64,000 bases of DNA, taken from NCBI GenBank assembly GCA_964518865.1, contig CAZFIB010000010.1, positions 153 through 64,152 of the forward strand. The letters are read 5' to 3'. The translations under genes were made by a program, and so were the position numbers. Of the stretch, positions 9,284-19,146 are shown piece after piece. How positions within the stretch are numbered: the first letter of the stretch is position 1; each line of letters begins with the position of its first letter. This stretch comes from an uncultured Thermodesulfobacteriota bacterium. GTDB lineage: Bacteria; Desulfobacterota; WTBG01; CAIYCZ01; CAIRTM01. Below the pieces are notes generated by a model that saw nothing but the letters and a program-made list of their open reading frames with translations, was not told the DNA's origin and did no database searches.

Positions 9284-10555
9284 ATGGATAACCATACAGA
9301 CAGCGGACCGCAACACTCCGGCGCGGTTCATTACGGGATCGTGATTCTCGGCCTGATCGTTTTTAGCGTGTTCGGCTCCCTCGGCCTTGCTCGGTTCGGC
9401 TACACCAGCATACTGCCGGCCATGCAGGAGGGTCTGCACCTGACAAACACACAGACCGGCGAGCTGCAGACCCTGAACCTTATCGGCTATCTGCTGACCG
9501 TCGTATTTGCCGGTGTGCTGGCAGCACGGTTCGGTCCGCGCATCGTTATTTCCGTTTCTCTGTTAATCGTCGGCATTGCGATGATTCTGACCGGCCTGAA
9601 GCCCGACTTCGGTGCTGCCTGCATCGGGCGGTTTCTGGCCGGAGTCGGCGGCGCCGGCGGCAATGTCCCGGCCATGGGTCTTGTGTCGGCCTGGTTCGGT
9701 GCCAGGCGGCGCGGGCTGGCATCGGGAATCGGGGTGGCCGGATCGAGCGTGGGCCTGATCGTGACCGGTCCGCTCGTTCCGATGATTCTGAACCGGTTCG
9801 GTGAGCAGGGCTGGCGCGTCAGCTGGTATGTTCTGGGGGCTATTACGCTTGGTGTGTGCACGGTGTGCGCGCTGTTCTTGCGCAATCATCCGCGTGAAAT
9901 GAATCTGGCGCCGGTAGGGGAGATCGTGGCGGAAAGCACGCAGCGAACTTCTGGTAACAAAGCATCGCCGTTGAATTTCAGCCTGGTGTGGAAATCACGC
10001 CTGCTGTGGCAGCTTGCCGCTATCTATTGCGCGTTCGGGTTTTCCTATATCATCTATTCAACTTTTTTTGTCAGACACCTGGTTCATGAAGGAGGATTCA
10101 GCGCTGGTGCGGCAGGCGCCCTCTGGATGCAGATCGGACTTATCTCGATGATCAGCGGTTTTGTCTGGGGAACTATATCGGATCGCTGGGGCAGGCGTAT
10201 TGCGCTGCTGTGGGTTTTTACACTGCAGGGTATATCTTTTGCTGTTTTCGGGCTGAGCCGTGATATAACCGCCGTCTATATTTCAGCAGTGCTGTTCGCC
10301 GTCACCGCGTGGAGTATCCCTGCGCTCATGGCTGCCCTGGCTGGTGATGTTTTCGGTCCGCGCCTGGCGCCTGCTGCGCTCGGCCTCATGACGATTGTTT
10401 TCGGTGTCGGTCAGGCCCTGGGCCCGTATTGTGCCGGAGTCCTGGCGGATGCCACGAACTCGTTTTCTCATGCCTTTATCATTGCCGGTGCTGCAGCCCT
10501 GGTATTCGGCAGCGGAGGATCGTTTCTGCTCAAAAAATCAGCACAGGTGTCATGA
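9284..10555 (+). CDS. MFS transporter
   Basis: About 12 hydrophobic helices, two-halves architecture, Gly-rich motifs (GRFLAGVGGAGG). Confidence 0.85.
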   Translation: MDNHTDSGPQHSGAVHYGIVILGLIVFSVFGSLGLARFGYTSILPAMQEGLHLTNTQTGELQTLNLIGYLLTVVFAGVLAARFGPRIVISVSLLIVGIAMILTGLKPDFGAACIGRFLAGVGGAGGNVPAMGLVSAWFGARRRGLASGIGVAGSSVGLIVTGPLVPMILNRFGEQGWRVSWYVLGAITLGVCTVCALFLRNHPREMNLAPVGEIVAESTQRTSGNKASPLNFSLVWKSRLLWQLAAIYCAFGFSYIIYSTFFVRHLVHEGGFSAGAAGALWMQIGLISMISGFVWGTISDRWGRRIALLWVFTLQGISFAVFGLSRDITAVYISAVLFAVTAWSIPALMAALAGDVFGPRLAPAALGLMTIVFGVGQALGPYCAGVLADATNSFSHAFIIAGAAALVFGSGGSFLLKKSAQVS

Positions 10556-10616
10556 ATTTTAAACGCTTATATATCAGGAACAACCACGCAGCTGGCGTTC
10601 GCCATAAGCTTTTATA

Positions 10617-10646
10617 TTGACACTATTATACATTTTACCTTATAGT
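10617..10646 (+). promoter_or_regulatory. candidate sigma70-type promoter for fabD
   Basis: TTGACA (10617-10622), 18-nt spacer, TATAGT (10641-10646). GGAGG Shine-Dalgarno lies before the ATG at 10710. Confidence 0.35.
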
Positions 10647-10709
10647 TATTACCTTTATACTGATGATATTTATAACCTAATCTGTTCACATTTCAGTGGA
10701 GGTTGACCG

Positions 10710-11636
10710 ATGGCTACATGGGCCTTTCTTTTTCCCGGACAGGGATCGCAGTATGTCGGCATGGGTAAGGAACTTAAAGACAATTTTACGGTTTCCGCCG
10801 AAATATTCGAAGAGGCGGATGAAGCACTGGGAGAAAGCATCTCGAAACTCTGCTTTGAGGGCCCCGAAGATCAGCTCAAGCTGACCGCCAACACCCAGCC
10901 CGCGATTCTGACCGTAAGCATCGCTGCGCTGCGCGCTCTGCAGCAGGAAACCGACATAACGCCGGTTGTCGTCGGCGGGCACAGCCTCGGCGAGTACAGC
11001 GCGCTGGTGTGCTCCGGAGCCCTGCAGTTTGCCGACGCAGTCCGTATCGTTCGCAAGCGCGGCACCTATATGCAGGAAGCCGTTCCCGTCGGTGTCGGCG
11101 GCATGGCAGCCATACTCGGGCTGGATGTCGATGCGGTTGAAAAAATCTGCGATGAAAGTGCGCAGGGCGAGCTTGTCAAACCCGCCAATTACAACTGCCC
11201 CGGCCAGATCGTTATTTCCGGCCATATGGCGGCTGTTAAGCGGGCTGCCGAAAAGGCGGAAGCATCCGGCGCCAAGCGTGCCGTCATGCTGCCGGTGAGC
11301 GCCCCGTTTCACAGCGCACTCATGGAGCCTGCCGCCAGGAGACTGGCCGAGGCGCTTGAACCGATCCGGGTCGGCGAGCTGACAATACCGGTCCTCTCGA
11401 ACGTAAAAGCGGACTATTATGAGTCTGCGGGTGAAGTGAAGCAGCTGCTTGCAGAGCAGGTTGACCACCCGGTACGCTGGATCGAGGAAATGGACAAGGT
11501 GATGGCAAAGGGCGTCGAGCAGGCGCTCGAGATCGGTCCGGGCAAGGTGCTTTGCGGTATGATGAGAAAAATCAGCCGGGATGTAAAAATGAAGAATGTG
11601 GAGAATGTCGAGACGCTTAAAGACGCCGTGGTATGA
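10710..11636 (+). CDS. fabD: malonyl-CoA:ACP transacylase
   Basis: FPGQGSQYVGMG and active-site GHSLGEYSA motifs. Length 308 aa. Confidence 0.9.
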   Translation: MATWAFLFPGQGSQYVGMGKELKDNFTVSAEIFEEADEALGESISKLCFEGPEDQLKLTANTQPAILTVSIAALRALQQETDITPVVVGGHSLGEYSALVCSGALQFADAVRIVRKRGTYMQEAVPVGVGGMAAILGLDVDAVEKICDESAQGELVKPANYNCPGQIVISGHMAAVKRAAEKAEASGAKRAVMLPVSAPFHSALMEPAARRLAEALEPIRVGELTIPVLSNVKADYYESAGEVKQLLAEQVDHPVRWIEEMDKVMAKGVEQALEIGPGKVLCGMMRKISRDVKMKNVENVETLKDAVV

Positions 11637-11681
11637 TGTTGTGTTGCGGATAGTACGTTCAGAATATAATTCTGCAGAAAC

Positions 11682-11719
11682 AAAAAAAACCGGCTTTTAT
11701 AAAAAAGCCGGTTTTTTTG
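11682..11719. terminator. bidirectional Rho-independent terminator between convergent fabD and the ACP gene
   Basis: Perfect 11-bp stem AACCGGCTTTT / AAAAGCCGGTT with loop ATAA, flanked by an A-run on the left and a T-run on the right. Confidence 0.75.
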
Positions 11720-11735
11720 TAAACGAAAACGTCGG

Positions 11736-11975
11736 TCAGTCAAGCTCTTTTTCAACCAGCGCCACAACATCGTTAAAGGTCGCCACCTCGTCGGTATCAT
11801 CCTCATCCAGCATCAGGTCCCACTCGTCCTCGATCATCGAAAACAGTTCGAGCCGACCGGATGAATTGAGCCCAAGGTCTACAAGCTTGGCTTCCGGGTC
11901 GACTGCCAGGTCCGGGTTGGCGGTTGCCTTGCGTAAAAATTCTGTCAGCTTGTCGATTAGTTCCTGCCGTTCCAT
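11736..11975 (-). CDS. stand-alone acyl carrier protein-like protein (79 aa)
   Basis: Acidic four-helix-type sequence with VDLGLNSSGRLELFSMIEDEW, a variant of the DLGxDSL phosphopantetheine site. Start re-picked to MERQ (ATG 11975) behind GGAGGA. Confidence 0.75.
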   Translation of the reverse strand: MERQELIDKLTEFLRKATANPDLAVDPEAKLVDLGLNSSGRLELFSMIEDEWDLMLDEDDTDEVATFNDVVALVEKELD

Positions 11976-12014
11976 AGCGATGTTCCTCCTGATAAAGCAC
12001 ATTACATTAGTACA

Positions 12015-13403
12015 TTATTTACCGTATTTGGCCCAGTGATCCTTGAAGAGCGCTTCCTCGTCAAACGGCCGCTCAGGGATCGGCTTGGAAACCCATGTGT
12101 AGTTTACCATGTTTTTCCAGGTGATGTTGTCGGAAGAGCTGTTGTTGCCCCACGTGCCGCAGGCGAGGGTCATGGTAAAGGGCATTCCGTTGGTTGTCGC
12201 GCCGCTGTTGGCAAGACACTGCGGCTGGTTGACCATCAGGCGGCTGACCTGGGCCTGTTCGGCGAGCTCCTTGACGCGATCGTCGTTTTTGGTGTGAATA
12301 CCGGCGCAGTGACCGCGGCCGCGGATGGCGTGGATGCGTTTCATGTACTCGATTGCTTCGCTGAATTCATTGTACTTCCAGATCGTCACGACCGGTGAAA
12401 GCTTCTCATCGGCGAACTTGTCGTTTTCAACCGGATCATCGCCAAGTACCATAATAAACGTGGTCTCCTCGGGCACACCGAGTCCGGTGATTTTGTTTGC
12501 AATCCTGACAGCGGGACGCGCGACGATTTTTGCATTGATGTGCTCGCCGTCGGGCCACATTGCTTCCTTGAGTTTGGTCTTTTCCTCGGCGCTGCAGAGA
12601 TACCCGCCCTTGTCCTTGAGACCGGCGATAACAGAGTCAAACACCGATTCCTGGATCACAAGGTTGTTTTCCGCCGAGCAGGAAGTCGCGTTGTCGAATG
12701 TTTTGCTCATGAAAATCTTTGTGGCAGCCTCGGCCGGATCAGCGGTTTCATCGACGACCATAACCGAATTGCCGGCGCCGACGCCGAAGGCGGGCTTGCC
12801 GCTGGAGTAAGCTGCAAGTACGGACTGCGTACCGCCGGTGGAGATTATGACATCACACATCTTCATCATTTTCTGAATGTCTTCAATATAGGGCTTTTCC
12901 ATGATCTGGATAAGATCAGCCGGCGCGCCGACTTTTTCCAGACCCTGGCGCAGGTACTCCACTGTTTTGCCGCTGCAGCGGCGGGCAAGCATGTGCGGAG
13001 CAAAAATTATGGCATTGCGGCTTTTCAGAGCAAAGATGCCCTTCACGGCCGGGGTTGCGGTGGGATTCGTGCAGGGTGACGGCGCAAAAATGACACCCAT
13101 AGGTTTGATCACCTTGAAAAGACCTTTCTCTTCATCTGCCTCGACGATACCCGTTGACTGCTGTCCTTCCATGTCGCGCAGCGCACCCAGAACCTTGTTA
13201 CGGTGTTTGGCGTATTTGTTGTCGTACACGCCCATCTTTGTTTCCTTGGCAGCAAGCTCGGCGCACTCTTTGGCATGTTCCGGAGAAATCGCTTCCCATG
13301 CCGCAGCCTTCACCATCTCATCGACCTTGTCCTGCGGCCAGTGCTCAACGACAGCCTGTGCGGTGCGTGCCTTGTCGAGCATTTCCTGTAATACGTCGCT
13401 CAT
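12015..13403 (-). CDS. CoA/thioester-acylating aldehyde dehydrogenase (AdhE-N / SucD / EutE-like)
   Basis: 462 aa ALDH-superfamily pattern with catalytic Cys context FDNATSCSAENN and GVGAGNS. GGATGGAGG Shine-Dalgarno. Confidence 0.85.
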   Translation of the reverse strand: MSDVLQEMLDKARTAQAVVEHWPQDKVDEMVKAAAWEAISPEHAKECAELAAKETKMGVYDNKYAKHRNKVLGALRDMEGQQSTGIVEADEEKGLFKVIKPMGVIFAPSPCTNPTATPAVKGIFALKSRNAIIFAPHMLARRCSGKTVEYLRQGLEKVGAPADLIQIMEKPYIEDIQKMMKMCDVIISTGGTQSVLAAYSSGKPAFGVGAGNSVMVVDETADPAEAATKIFMSKTFDNATSCSAENNLVIQESVFDSVIAGLKDKGGYLCSAEEKTKLKEAMWPDGEHINAKIVARPAVRIANKITGLGVPEETTFIMVLGDDPVENDKFADEKLSPVVTIWKYNEFSEAIEYMKRIHAIRGRGHCAGIHTKNDDRVKELAEQAQVSRLMVNQPQCLANSGATTNGMPFTMTLACGTWGNNSSSDNITWKNMVNYTWVSKPIPERPFDEEALFKDHWAKYGK

Positions 13404-13476
13404 CTGAAACCTCCATCCGATAAATTAGGTTAAAAAAATCTGAGACCTGTGTCAATGTCATCAGCAGAATACCTGA

Positions 13477-14391
13477 TCAGCCTTTCTGCTGCTCGACAGG
13501 ATTCTGTTCGCTATCATTCTTTTTTGAGACGGCTCCCTTGAAAAACAGCACGAGGCCGACAATACCTGCTGCATACAGCAGCAGCATAAGCACCAGCATC
13601 AGCGGGCTTTGCATGACATTTGCCTTGTGAATTTTTCCAAACAGCACCGAGCTCCTGTCCATGGTGTGGCAGTCTGCGCACATTGCGGGTTCGAGCTCGG
13701 GATCGCCGTGTTTTACGGTTTCGAAGTGGCAGTCGGCGCAGCGTGAGGTACTGAAGTCGGTAGCAAGGTTGACTTTGCCGTGTCCCTTCACGCGCGTGGG
13801 AATAAGAGAAAGAGCGCTCAGAATAATACCGGACTGCGGGATTTCGTTCTGGCGCCCCTGTATAAACGCCTTGAGGCGCTCGGGAAGCGACGGGGTTGAC
13901 TGCTCGGGGTGACACGTGCCGCAGGTTTTATACAGATTTTCACGATACACCGTTGATGCGGGATTGTCCGGCGGCAGCACGGCATGGGTGGTGTGGCAGT
14001 CATAACACTGCGGTGCATCTGCCGTGCCGGAATCAAGCAGCCGTCCGTGAGCGCTTTTTTTATGCCCAGCGGCAACCTCCTCGTGACAGTCGACACAGTT
14101 TACTTCCGGGAGACCGCCTGCAGGGTGATCGTTTGTTACGCCTTCATGACAGTCGACGCAGGTATAGTCGGACTGCCCGTGTACTGATTGCATAAAGAGA
14201 TTTTTATCGACATACAAACTGTGCACCGTGCCCTGCGTGTCGGTCCTGGTAAGATTTCTGTCCATGTGGCACTCGATACATTCATCGACGGTCTGAGCCG
14301 AGACACCTTTTTCGCACGTACAAAAGACCGCAAGGAAGCATGCAGCCAGAAAGAGTATCATGTTTGCCGTTTCCCGGTGATGCGTTCTCAT
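13477..14391 (-). CDS. membrane-anchored heptahaem cytochrome c
   Basis: Seven CxxCH motifs (CIECH, CVDCH x2, CYDCH, CGTCH, CADCH x2), N-terminal signal/anchor and a C-terminal TM helix. Start re-picked to MRTHH (14391); ATG 14361 is also possible. Confidence 0.85.
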   Translation of the reverse strand: MRTHHRETANMILFLAACFLAVFCTCEKGVSAQTVDECIECHMDRNLTRTDTQGTVHSLYVDKNLFMQSVHGQSDYTCVDCHEGVTNDHPAGGLPEVNCVDCHEEVAAGHKKSAHGRLLDSGTADAPQCYDCHTTHAVLPPDNPASTVYRENLYKTCGTCHPEQSTPSLPERLKAFIQGRQNEIPQSGIILSALSLIPTRVKGHGKVNLATDFSTSRCADCHFETVKHGDPELEPAMCADCHTMDRSSVLFGKIHKANVMQSPLMLVLMLLLYAAGIVGLVLFFKGAVSKKNDSEQNPVEQQKG

Positions 14392-14430
14392 GTGAGTGGG
14401 TACTCCTTGTAATGGGTTCAAAAAGCGGGG

Positions 14431-16479
14431 TTACGCGTTTTCTCCGTCGGGCTTTTTATCCGGTTCCTGCTCAACCGGCTGTTTCGTTTGGGACTGTTCC
14501 TCATCCTGGGATGCAGGCCGCTTTTCCTCCGGCTGAGACGACGGCTGCTCAACAGGAGTTTTGTCCATCGCGTTCCAGATGATTTCAGCGATATCAAGCA
14601 CCTGTACGGTTTCATCTTTTTCACGGGCCTTGACGCCGTCATCTATCATGGTCAGGCAGAACGGACATGCAGTGGCTATACAGTCGGGATTTTTCTCCAG
14701 GGCCTGATCGGTGCGCATCTCGTTGATCCGCTTGCCGACATCCTCCTCGAGCCACATTCTCCCGCCGCCGGCACCGCAGCAGAAGCTTCTGCTCAGGTTG
14801 CGGTCCATCTCTTTGAGCGTTATTCCGTCAACCGCGCTGAGAACACCGCGCGGCTGGTTGTAAATATTGTTGTAGCGTCCGAGAAAGCATGAATCGTGAT
14901 AGCATACATTCATGGGCCGGCAGCCGTTCAAGGACAGTTTACCCTGCCGGATGAGGTCCAGTATGAATTCGCTGTGGTGGTAGACTTCAAAATTTCCGCC
15001 GTAGGCCGGGTATTCATTTTTGAGCATGTTGTAGCCGTGCGGGCAGATCGCAACGATTTTTTTTACGCCGTAATTATTCATGATATCGATATTCGTCTGC
15101 GCCAGGGTTTCAAACAGATACTCATTGCCAAGCTTCCGTGCGGAATCGCCGCAGCAGCCCTCTTCGCTTCCGAGGATAGCAAAGCTTACACCGGCCTGTT
15201 TGAAAATACCGGCAACCGCCACGGCCACTTTTTTATACCGGTCATCGAACGCCCCGGCACAGCCCGGATACAGCAGCACATCAAAGGGCTCACCGTCGGA
15301 GCAGGATTTTACACCGATATCCTTTGCCCAGTCGGCACGCATGTGTGAGCCGACCCCCCAGGGGTTGGAGTTGTTTTCCATGTTGCGAAACACTCCCTGG
15401 GCCTCAGTCGGAAAATTGGCTTCGGTCATAACAAGGTATCGACGCAGCTCGATTGTTTTATCGACCGTTGTGTCGAATACCGGACAGTGTTCGGTGCAGT
15501 TGAGGCACATGGTGCAGTCCCATATGACCTCATGCTCGATAATATCGCCGATGAGCATTTTGTCCTGATCCTGCCCGGCGCCCTTTGCCTCCATATGGGC
15601 TTTCATATCCTGGAGGAGCTTTTTGGGTGAGAGGTGCTTTTCGCTCAGGTAGGCAGGGCAGTTGTCCTGACATCGACCGCAGCGCGTACAGGCATCAAGC
15701 TGGAAAAGCTGCAGTCGGGAGTATTCCTCGAGCGTGGAATAGCCGTAGGACTCGGCTGTTTCAAAATCGATTTTGTTGAAAAAATTCCCAGGCGGGCCGT
15801 ATTTTCTCAGAAAGATGTTTACCGCCGAGGTGATGATGTGAAGAAACTTTGTATAGGGAATTGCAGCGATGAGCCCTAGAACAAGAAAGAAGTGAATACG
15901 CCACAGCAGACTGTGAAGGCCGACCTGCAGGCCCTGGGGAAGCGGAATCCAGATCAGTGAAAACACCGTACCGACCGGTGCAAATGCGCCGCCCTGACCG
16001 GTAATACGCAGCCGGAGACCTTCAACGCAGAAGCCGACCAGCAGAATGGCACCCACCCAGATGAGCGCGACGGCGTCTTCCTGTTTCGTATCGCTCAGGC
16101 GGTCGGGCTTGAGCATATATCGGCGACAGGCGGCCATGGCTACACCTGTGAGTCCCAGGAAACCTATGATGTCGAGCAGAAACGAAAACGCGTTCCCGAA
16201 CAGCGAAGGCCACAGTATGTTTGCCTGAACCGATAGAATGACAAGAACGGGAATGAAGCAGGCCGCAAAGATAAAGAGGTGCATCAGGCCGGGATAGGCC
16301 TCCCGAAGAATGCGGCCGTGCCCGATCGCGTATACGAAAAAGTCCCTGATTCGGCTGCCGGCAGCCTCATCATCAGCGCTGTCGGAGCCCATCATCCACA
16401 GTTTTGACCTTTTCACAAGGCCTGTTATGCAGACGGTCAGCGCAAGAACAACAAGCAGTGGATCGACTATGGTCAGCAT
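14431..16479 (-). CDS. fused membrane cytochrome-b-like (NarI/DsrM/HmcE-type) plus HdrD/DsrK/HmcF-like FeS CCG-domain protein
   Basis: N-terminal region of about 230 aa with 5-6 TM helices and conserved His. Then CTRCGRCQDNCP and CTMCLNCTEHCP ferredoxin motifs and two CCG motifs (GCCGDS, FCCGAGGG). Confidence 0.85.
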   Translation of the reverse strand: MLTIVDPLLVVLALTVCITGLVKRSKLWMMGSDSADDEAAGSRIRDFFVYAIGHGRILREAYPGLMHLFIFAACFIPVLVILSVQANILWPSLFGNAFSFLLDIIGFLGLTGVAMAACRRYMLKPDRLSDTKQEDAVALIWVGAILLVGFCVEGLRLRITGQGGAFAPVGTVFSLIWIPLPQGLQVGLHSLLWRIHFFLVLGLIAAIPYTKFLHIITSAVNIFLRKYGPPGNFFNKIDFETAESYGYSTLEEYSRLQLFQLDACTRCGRCQDNCPAYLSEKHLSPKKLLQDMKAHMEAKGAGQDQDKMLIGDIIEHEVIWDCTMCLNCTEHCPVFDTTVDKTIELRRYLVMTEANFPTEAQGVFRNMENNSNPWGVGSHMRADWAKDIGVKSCSDGEPFDVLLYPGCAGAFDDRYKKVAVAVAGIFKQAGVSFAILGSEEGCCGDSARKLGNEYLFETLAQTNIDIMNNYGVKKIVAICPHGYNMLKNEYPAYGGNFEVYHHSEFILDLIRQGKLSLNGCRPMNVCYHDSCFLGRYNNIYNQPRGVLSAVDGITLKEMDRNLSRSFCCGAGGGRMWLEEDVGKRINEMRTDQALEKNPDCIATACPFCLTMIDDGVKAREKDETVQVLDIAEIIWNAMDKTPVEQPSSQPEEKRPASQDEEQSQTKQPVEQEPDKKPDGENA

Positions 16480-16545
16480 GATTTTTCATAACTCCTTTGT
16501 GTTGGTCACAGGGGTAATCGGCGGTGCGATTAATATTTGCCTGAC

Positions 16546-17730
16546 TTATGAACCCGTGTCGGCCTGTTCTGCCGGAGCGTCGTCGAAAATCGGCAGGAGC
16601 AGGTTGAATACGTACATGACAACAAACGGCATGGCGAACAATATCAGCGCTACAAGCAGACCCTCGCGTCCGAGGATCGTCGGGGTATAGGTTGTCAGGC
16701 CGCGAAGGCTTTTTGAAAAAAGCTGTCCGCCGATGACCACGTTCCAGCGCATGGCAAGAACCTGAACAAGGATGAGCGCCGAGCACACAAGGCCGAGGCT
16801 GTTGCGGGTTGCATCCTTCATTTTTGCAATGGATACAAAACCGAGCAGCACCAGCGGAATCAGGGAGCACACACCCATCTGCAGAAACAGGTAGCTGAAA
16901 CCCAGCTTTTCCGTGAGCAGGCGCGAAATAATATGCCATTCCTCGTGGGCTTCATACAGCATGGTCAGCACCTCGAGGCCTTCCAGGGTCAGGTCGACGA
17001 TAAAGAAACCCCACAGATATTTATACAGGGAATGAAGACAGGCATTGTCGACCGGTCTGTTTGTGAATTTCATGATAATCCAGTAGCATATGATCAGTAC
17101 GGCGATGCCGGAGACAATGGCCGACATCAGAAAAATGACCGGCATGAGCGGGGTCGACCACCATGGATTCGATTTGAGCGAGCCGAACAGAAAGCCGACA
17201 TAGCCGTGAAGCACGCAGGCTGACGGAATGCCTACCGCTGCCAGGACGGATATCAGCTTATGGTCGATTTTGAGGGCTTCCTCAGAGTCGTCAAGGGAGC
17301 CGAGCGCCTTGATCCGGTAGAAGGCCCGCAGGAAGACGTTTTTGCTTTCCCGGGCGCCCCTGATAATATCGGGCCTGAATACAAGCCATATCTCCATCAG
17401 AACAAGCAGCAGATAAAATGAATATATGTAGCCGAAGCCGGACATGGCAGAGGTGAACTTCGGCGTGAACATAATGTTGAACGCACGCTCGGGATGTCCC
17501 AGGTGGAACAGCAGGGGCGTGCAGGCAAACAGCAGAAAACAGAAGGCCCCCACAAGCGAAAATTTTGCTATGGGTTTAAGCTCGGTTCTGCCGAAAACGT
17601 GATAGAGCGATGATACGATGAACGCTCCCGCTACAAGACCGGTTATGTAGGGATAGAGCACGATCATAACGCTCCAGTGGACATGCACTTCATTGGGAAA
17701 AAGGAATCCTGTCGTGAGTAGTTCGTGCAT
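16546..17730 (-). CDS. NrfD/PsrC/DsrP/HmcC-type integral membrane quinone-interacting subunit
   Basis: 394 aa with about 10 TM helices. The start overlaps the stop of the upstream FeS subunit (TGATG). Confidence 0.85.
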   Translation of the reverse strand: MHELLTTGFLFPNEVHVHWSVMIVLYPYITGLVAGAFIVSSLYHVFGRTELKPIAKFSLVGAFCFLLFACTPLLFHLGHPERAFNIMFTPKFTSAMSGFGYIYSFYLLLVLMEIWLVFRPDIIRGARESKNVFLRAFYRIKALGSLDDSEEALKIDHKLISVLAAVGIPSACVLHGYVGFLFGSLKSNPWWSTPLMPVIFLMSAIVSGIAVLIICYWIIMKFTNRPVDNACLHSLYKYLWGFFIVDLTLEGLEVLTMLYEAHEEWHIISRLLTEKLGFSYLFLQMGVCSLIPLVLLGFVSIAKMKDATRNSLGLVCSALILVQVLAMRWNVVIGGQLFSKSLRGLTTYTPTILGREGLLVALILFAMPFVVMYVFNLLLPIFDDAPAEQADTGS

Positions 17731-18476
17731 CAGCGAACCTCCTTGTCAAGACCGATGTACAAGACCCGCGGTTCATTGCCGGTCTCGGGTTTTAATACCT
17801 GCAGGCGCTTTGATTTGAGCAGCGCGTATACACTGCTTTCGGGATCATCCACGCGGCCGAACAGGCGGGCACCGGCCGGGCATACCTCGACACAGGCGGG
17901 TATCATGCCCTGCATGACCCTGTGGTAGCACCACGTGCACTTATCAGCAATGCCTGATCCATGGTGATCGACATAGCGGGCACCGTAGGGGCAGGCCTGA
18001 ACACAGTAGCTGCAGCCGACGCACTGTTTTTCGTCCACCAGCACAAACCCTTCACGGGTGACGTAGGTCGCGCCGACCGGACACACCTGAACGCAGTTGG
18101 GCTCTGCACAGTGGTTGCAGAGTTTCGGAACGAAAAAGGATTTTTCAATTCTGCCGGCCGACTGATTTACCGGCTTAAAGCCGTCGATTGCACCCCTGGG
18201 AGAATCAACGATGACCTCACCGTCGTTCATTATGCTATAGCGCTCAACCCACGTGCGGTGAAATCCATCAGGAACCCTGTTTTCCGCTTTGCAGGCCTGG
18301 ACGCATTTACCGCAGCCAATGCATTTTTCCGTATCGACGATATATGCAAACAGGTGCTCATGGGAATGACCGGCACGGGCCGAATCCGTAATGAACGGAT
18401 ACAGGGCTATGTACAGGCCGCCTCCGGCAAGCGTCCATCCTGTTTTTTTAATGAATTCTCTGCGATCGCGTTTCAT
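17730..18476 (-). CDS. Tat-exported 4x[4Fe-4S] ferredoxin subunit (NrfC/DsrO/HmcB-type)
   Basis: Twin-arginine signal MKRDRREFIKK. Four Cys clusters (CIGCGKCVQAC, CNHCAEPNCVQVCP, CVGCSYCVQACP, CTWC...CVEVCP). Confidence 0.9.
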   Translation of the reverse strand: MKRDRREFIKKTGWTLAGGGLYIALYPFITDSARAGHSHEHLFAYIVDTEKCIGCGKCVQACKAENRVPDGFHRTWVERYSIMNDGEVIVDSPRGAIDGFKPVNQSAGRIEKSFFVPKLCNHCAEPNCVQVCPVGATYVTREGFVLVDEKQCVGCSYCVQACPYGARYVDHHGSGIADKCTWCYHRVMQGMIPACVEVCPAGARLFGRVDDPESSVYALLKSKRLQVLKPETGNEPRVLYIGLDKEVR

Positions 18477-18536
18477 GCTGTATCCCTTTTATGAAATAAC
18501 GTACTAGCGATTACCGGTATCTATATCGCAAGCGCT

Positions 18537-19022
18537 CTAGAGAGGCTCGTGAGGGTGATGGCAGAATATGCATGTCATGTTTTCATCAATTTCCTGTTCC
18601 TGCTCATTCATGTGGCTCGCAAGATCCTGTACCTGGGGGAATGCTGCCGGACGAGCGCTCAGCTGTTCATGACACAGAAGGCATGCTTCGCTGCCGGTGT
18701 CTTTCAATACCGTTTTTTCAAATGTGGTGCCGTTATGGGCCTGCCAGTAACCGTGACATGCTTCGCAGGAAACGCTGTTATGGTCAGCGCGCGACCAGAC
18801 GATATATTCGGTTTCATGACAGGAGCGGCATTTTTCAGAACCCTGAAACAGTGCAGGCAGCGCCGCCTGCTCCCGATCCGAGTCACCGCGGTGATATCCG
18901 TAGGTATAGCTGCCGTATACGCCGAAGGAATCAGGCAGCAGATAGCTTCTGACAGCAAAAAACGCTATACCGATGATGACAAGCAGTATGCAGAATCGGA
19001 TTATATGGCTGTAATGCTTCAT
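18537..19022 (-). CDS. membrane-anchored tetrahaem cytochrome c (NapC/NrfH-like size and topology)
   Basis: N-terminal TM helix and four CxxCH motifs (CRSCH, CEACH, CLLCH, CIFCH). Confidence 0.85.
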   Translation of the reverse strand: MKHYSHIIRFCILLVIIGIAFFAVRSYLLPDSFGVYGSYTYGYHRGDSDREQAALPALFQGSEKCRSCHETEYIVWSRADHNSVSCEACHGYWQAHNGTTFEKTVLKDTGSEACLLCHEQLSARPAAFPQVQDLASHMNEQEQEIDENMTCIFCHHPHEPL

Positions 19023-19146
19023 GGTTGCTGAATTCCTTATGAATAGATGTTATGAGGTATGGCCGGTAACGGTATATAGGAGCAACATGTGAAGTAATTA
19101 AAAAACAAATAATTTATTTTTTATCAATAATCAGTTAGCTTGCAAA

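Noticed and set aside
10686-11468. 260-aa minus-strand ORF overlapping fabD. Similar long antisense or off-frame ORFs occur at 24296-25060, 55967-56695, 41151-41744, 16373-16939, 12540-13079 and 36588-37097.
   Set aside because: Each lies entirely inside a gene with strong family motifs on the other strand or frame. Each has an Arg/Pro/His/Gly-rich low-complexity translation and lacks Shine-Dalgarno or start context.
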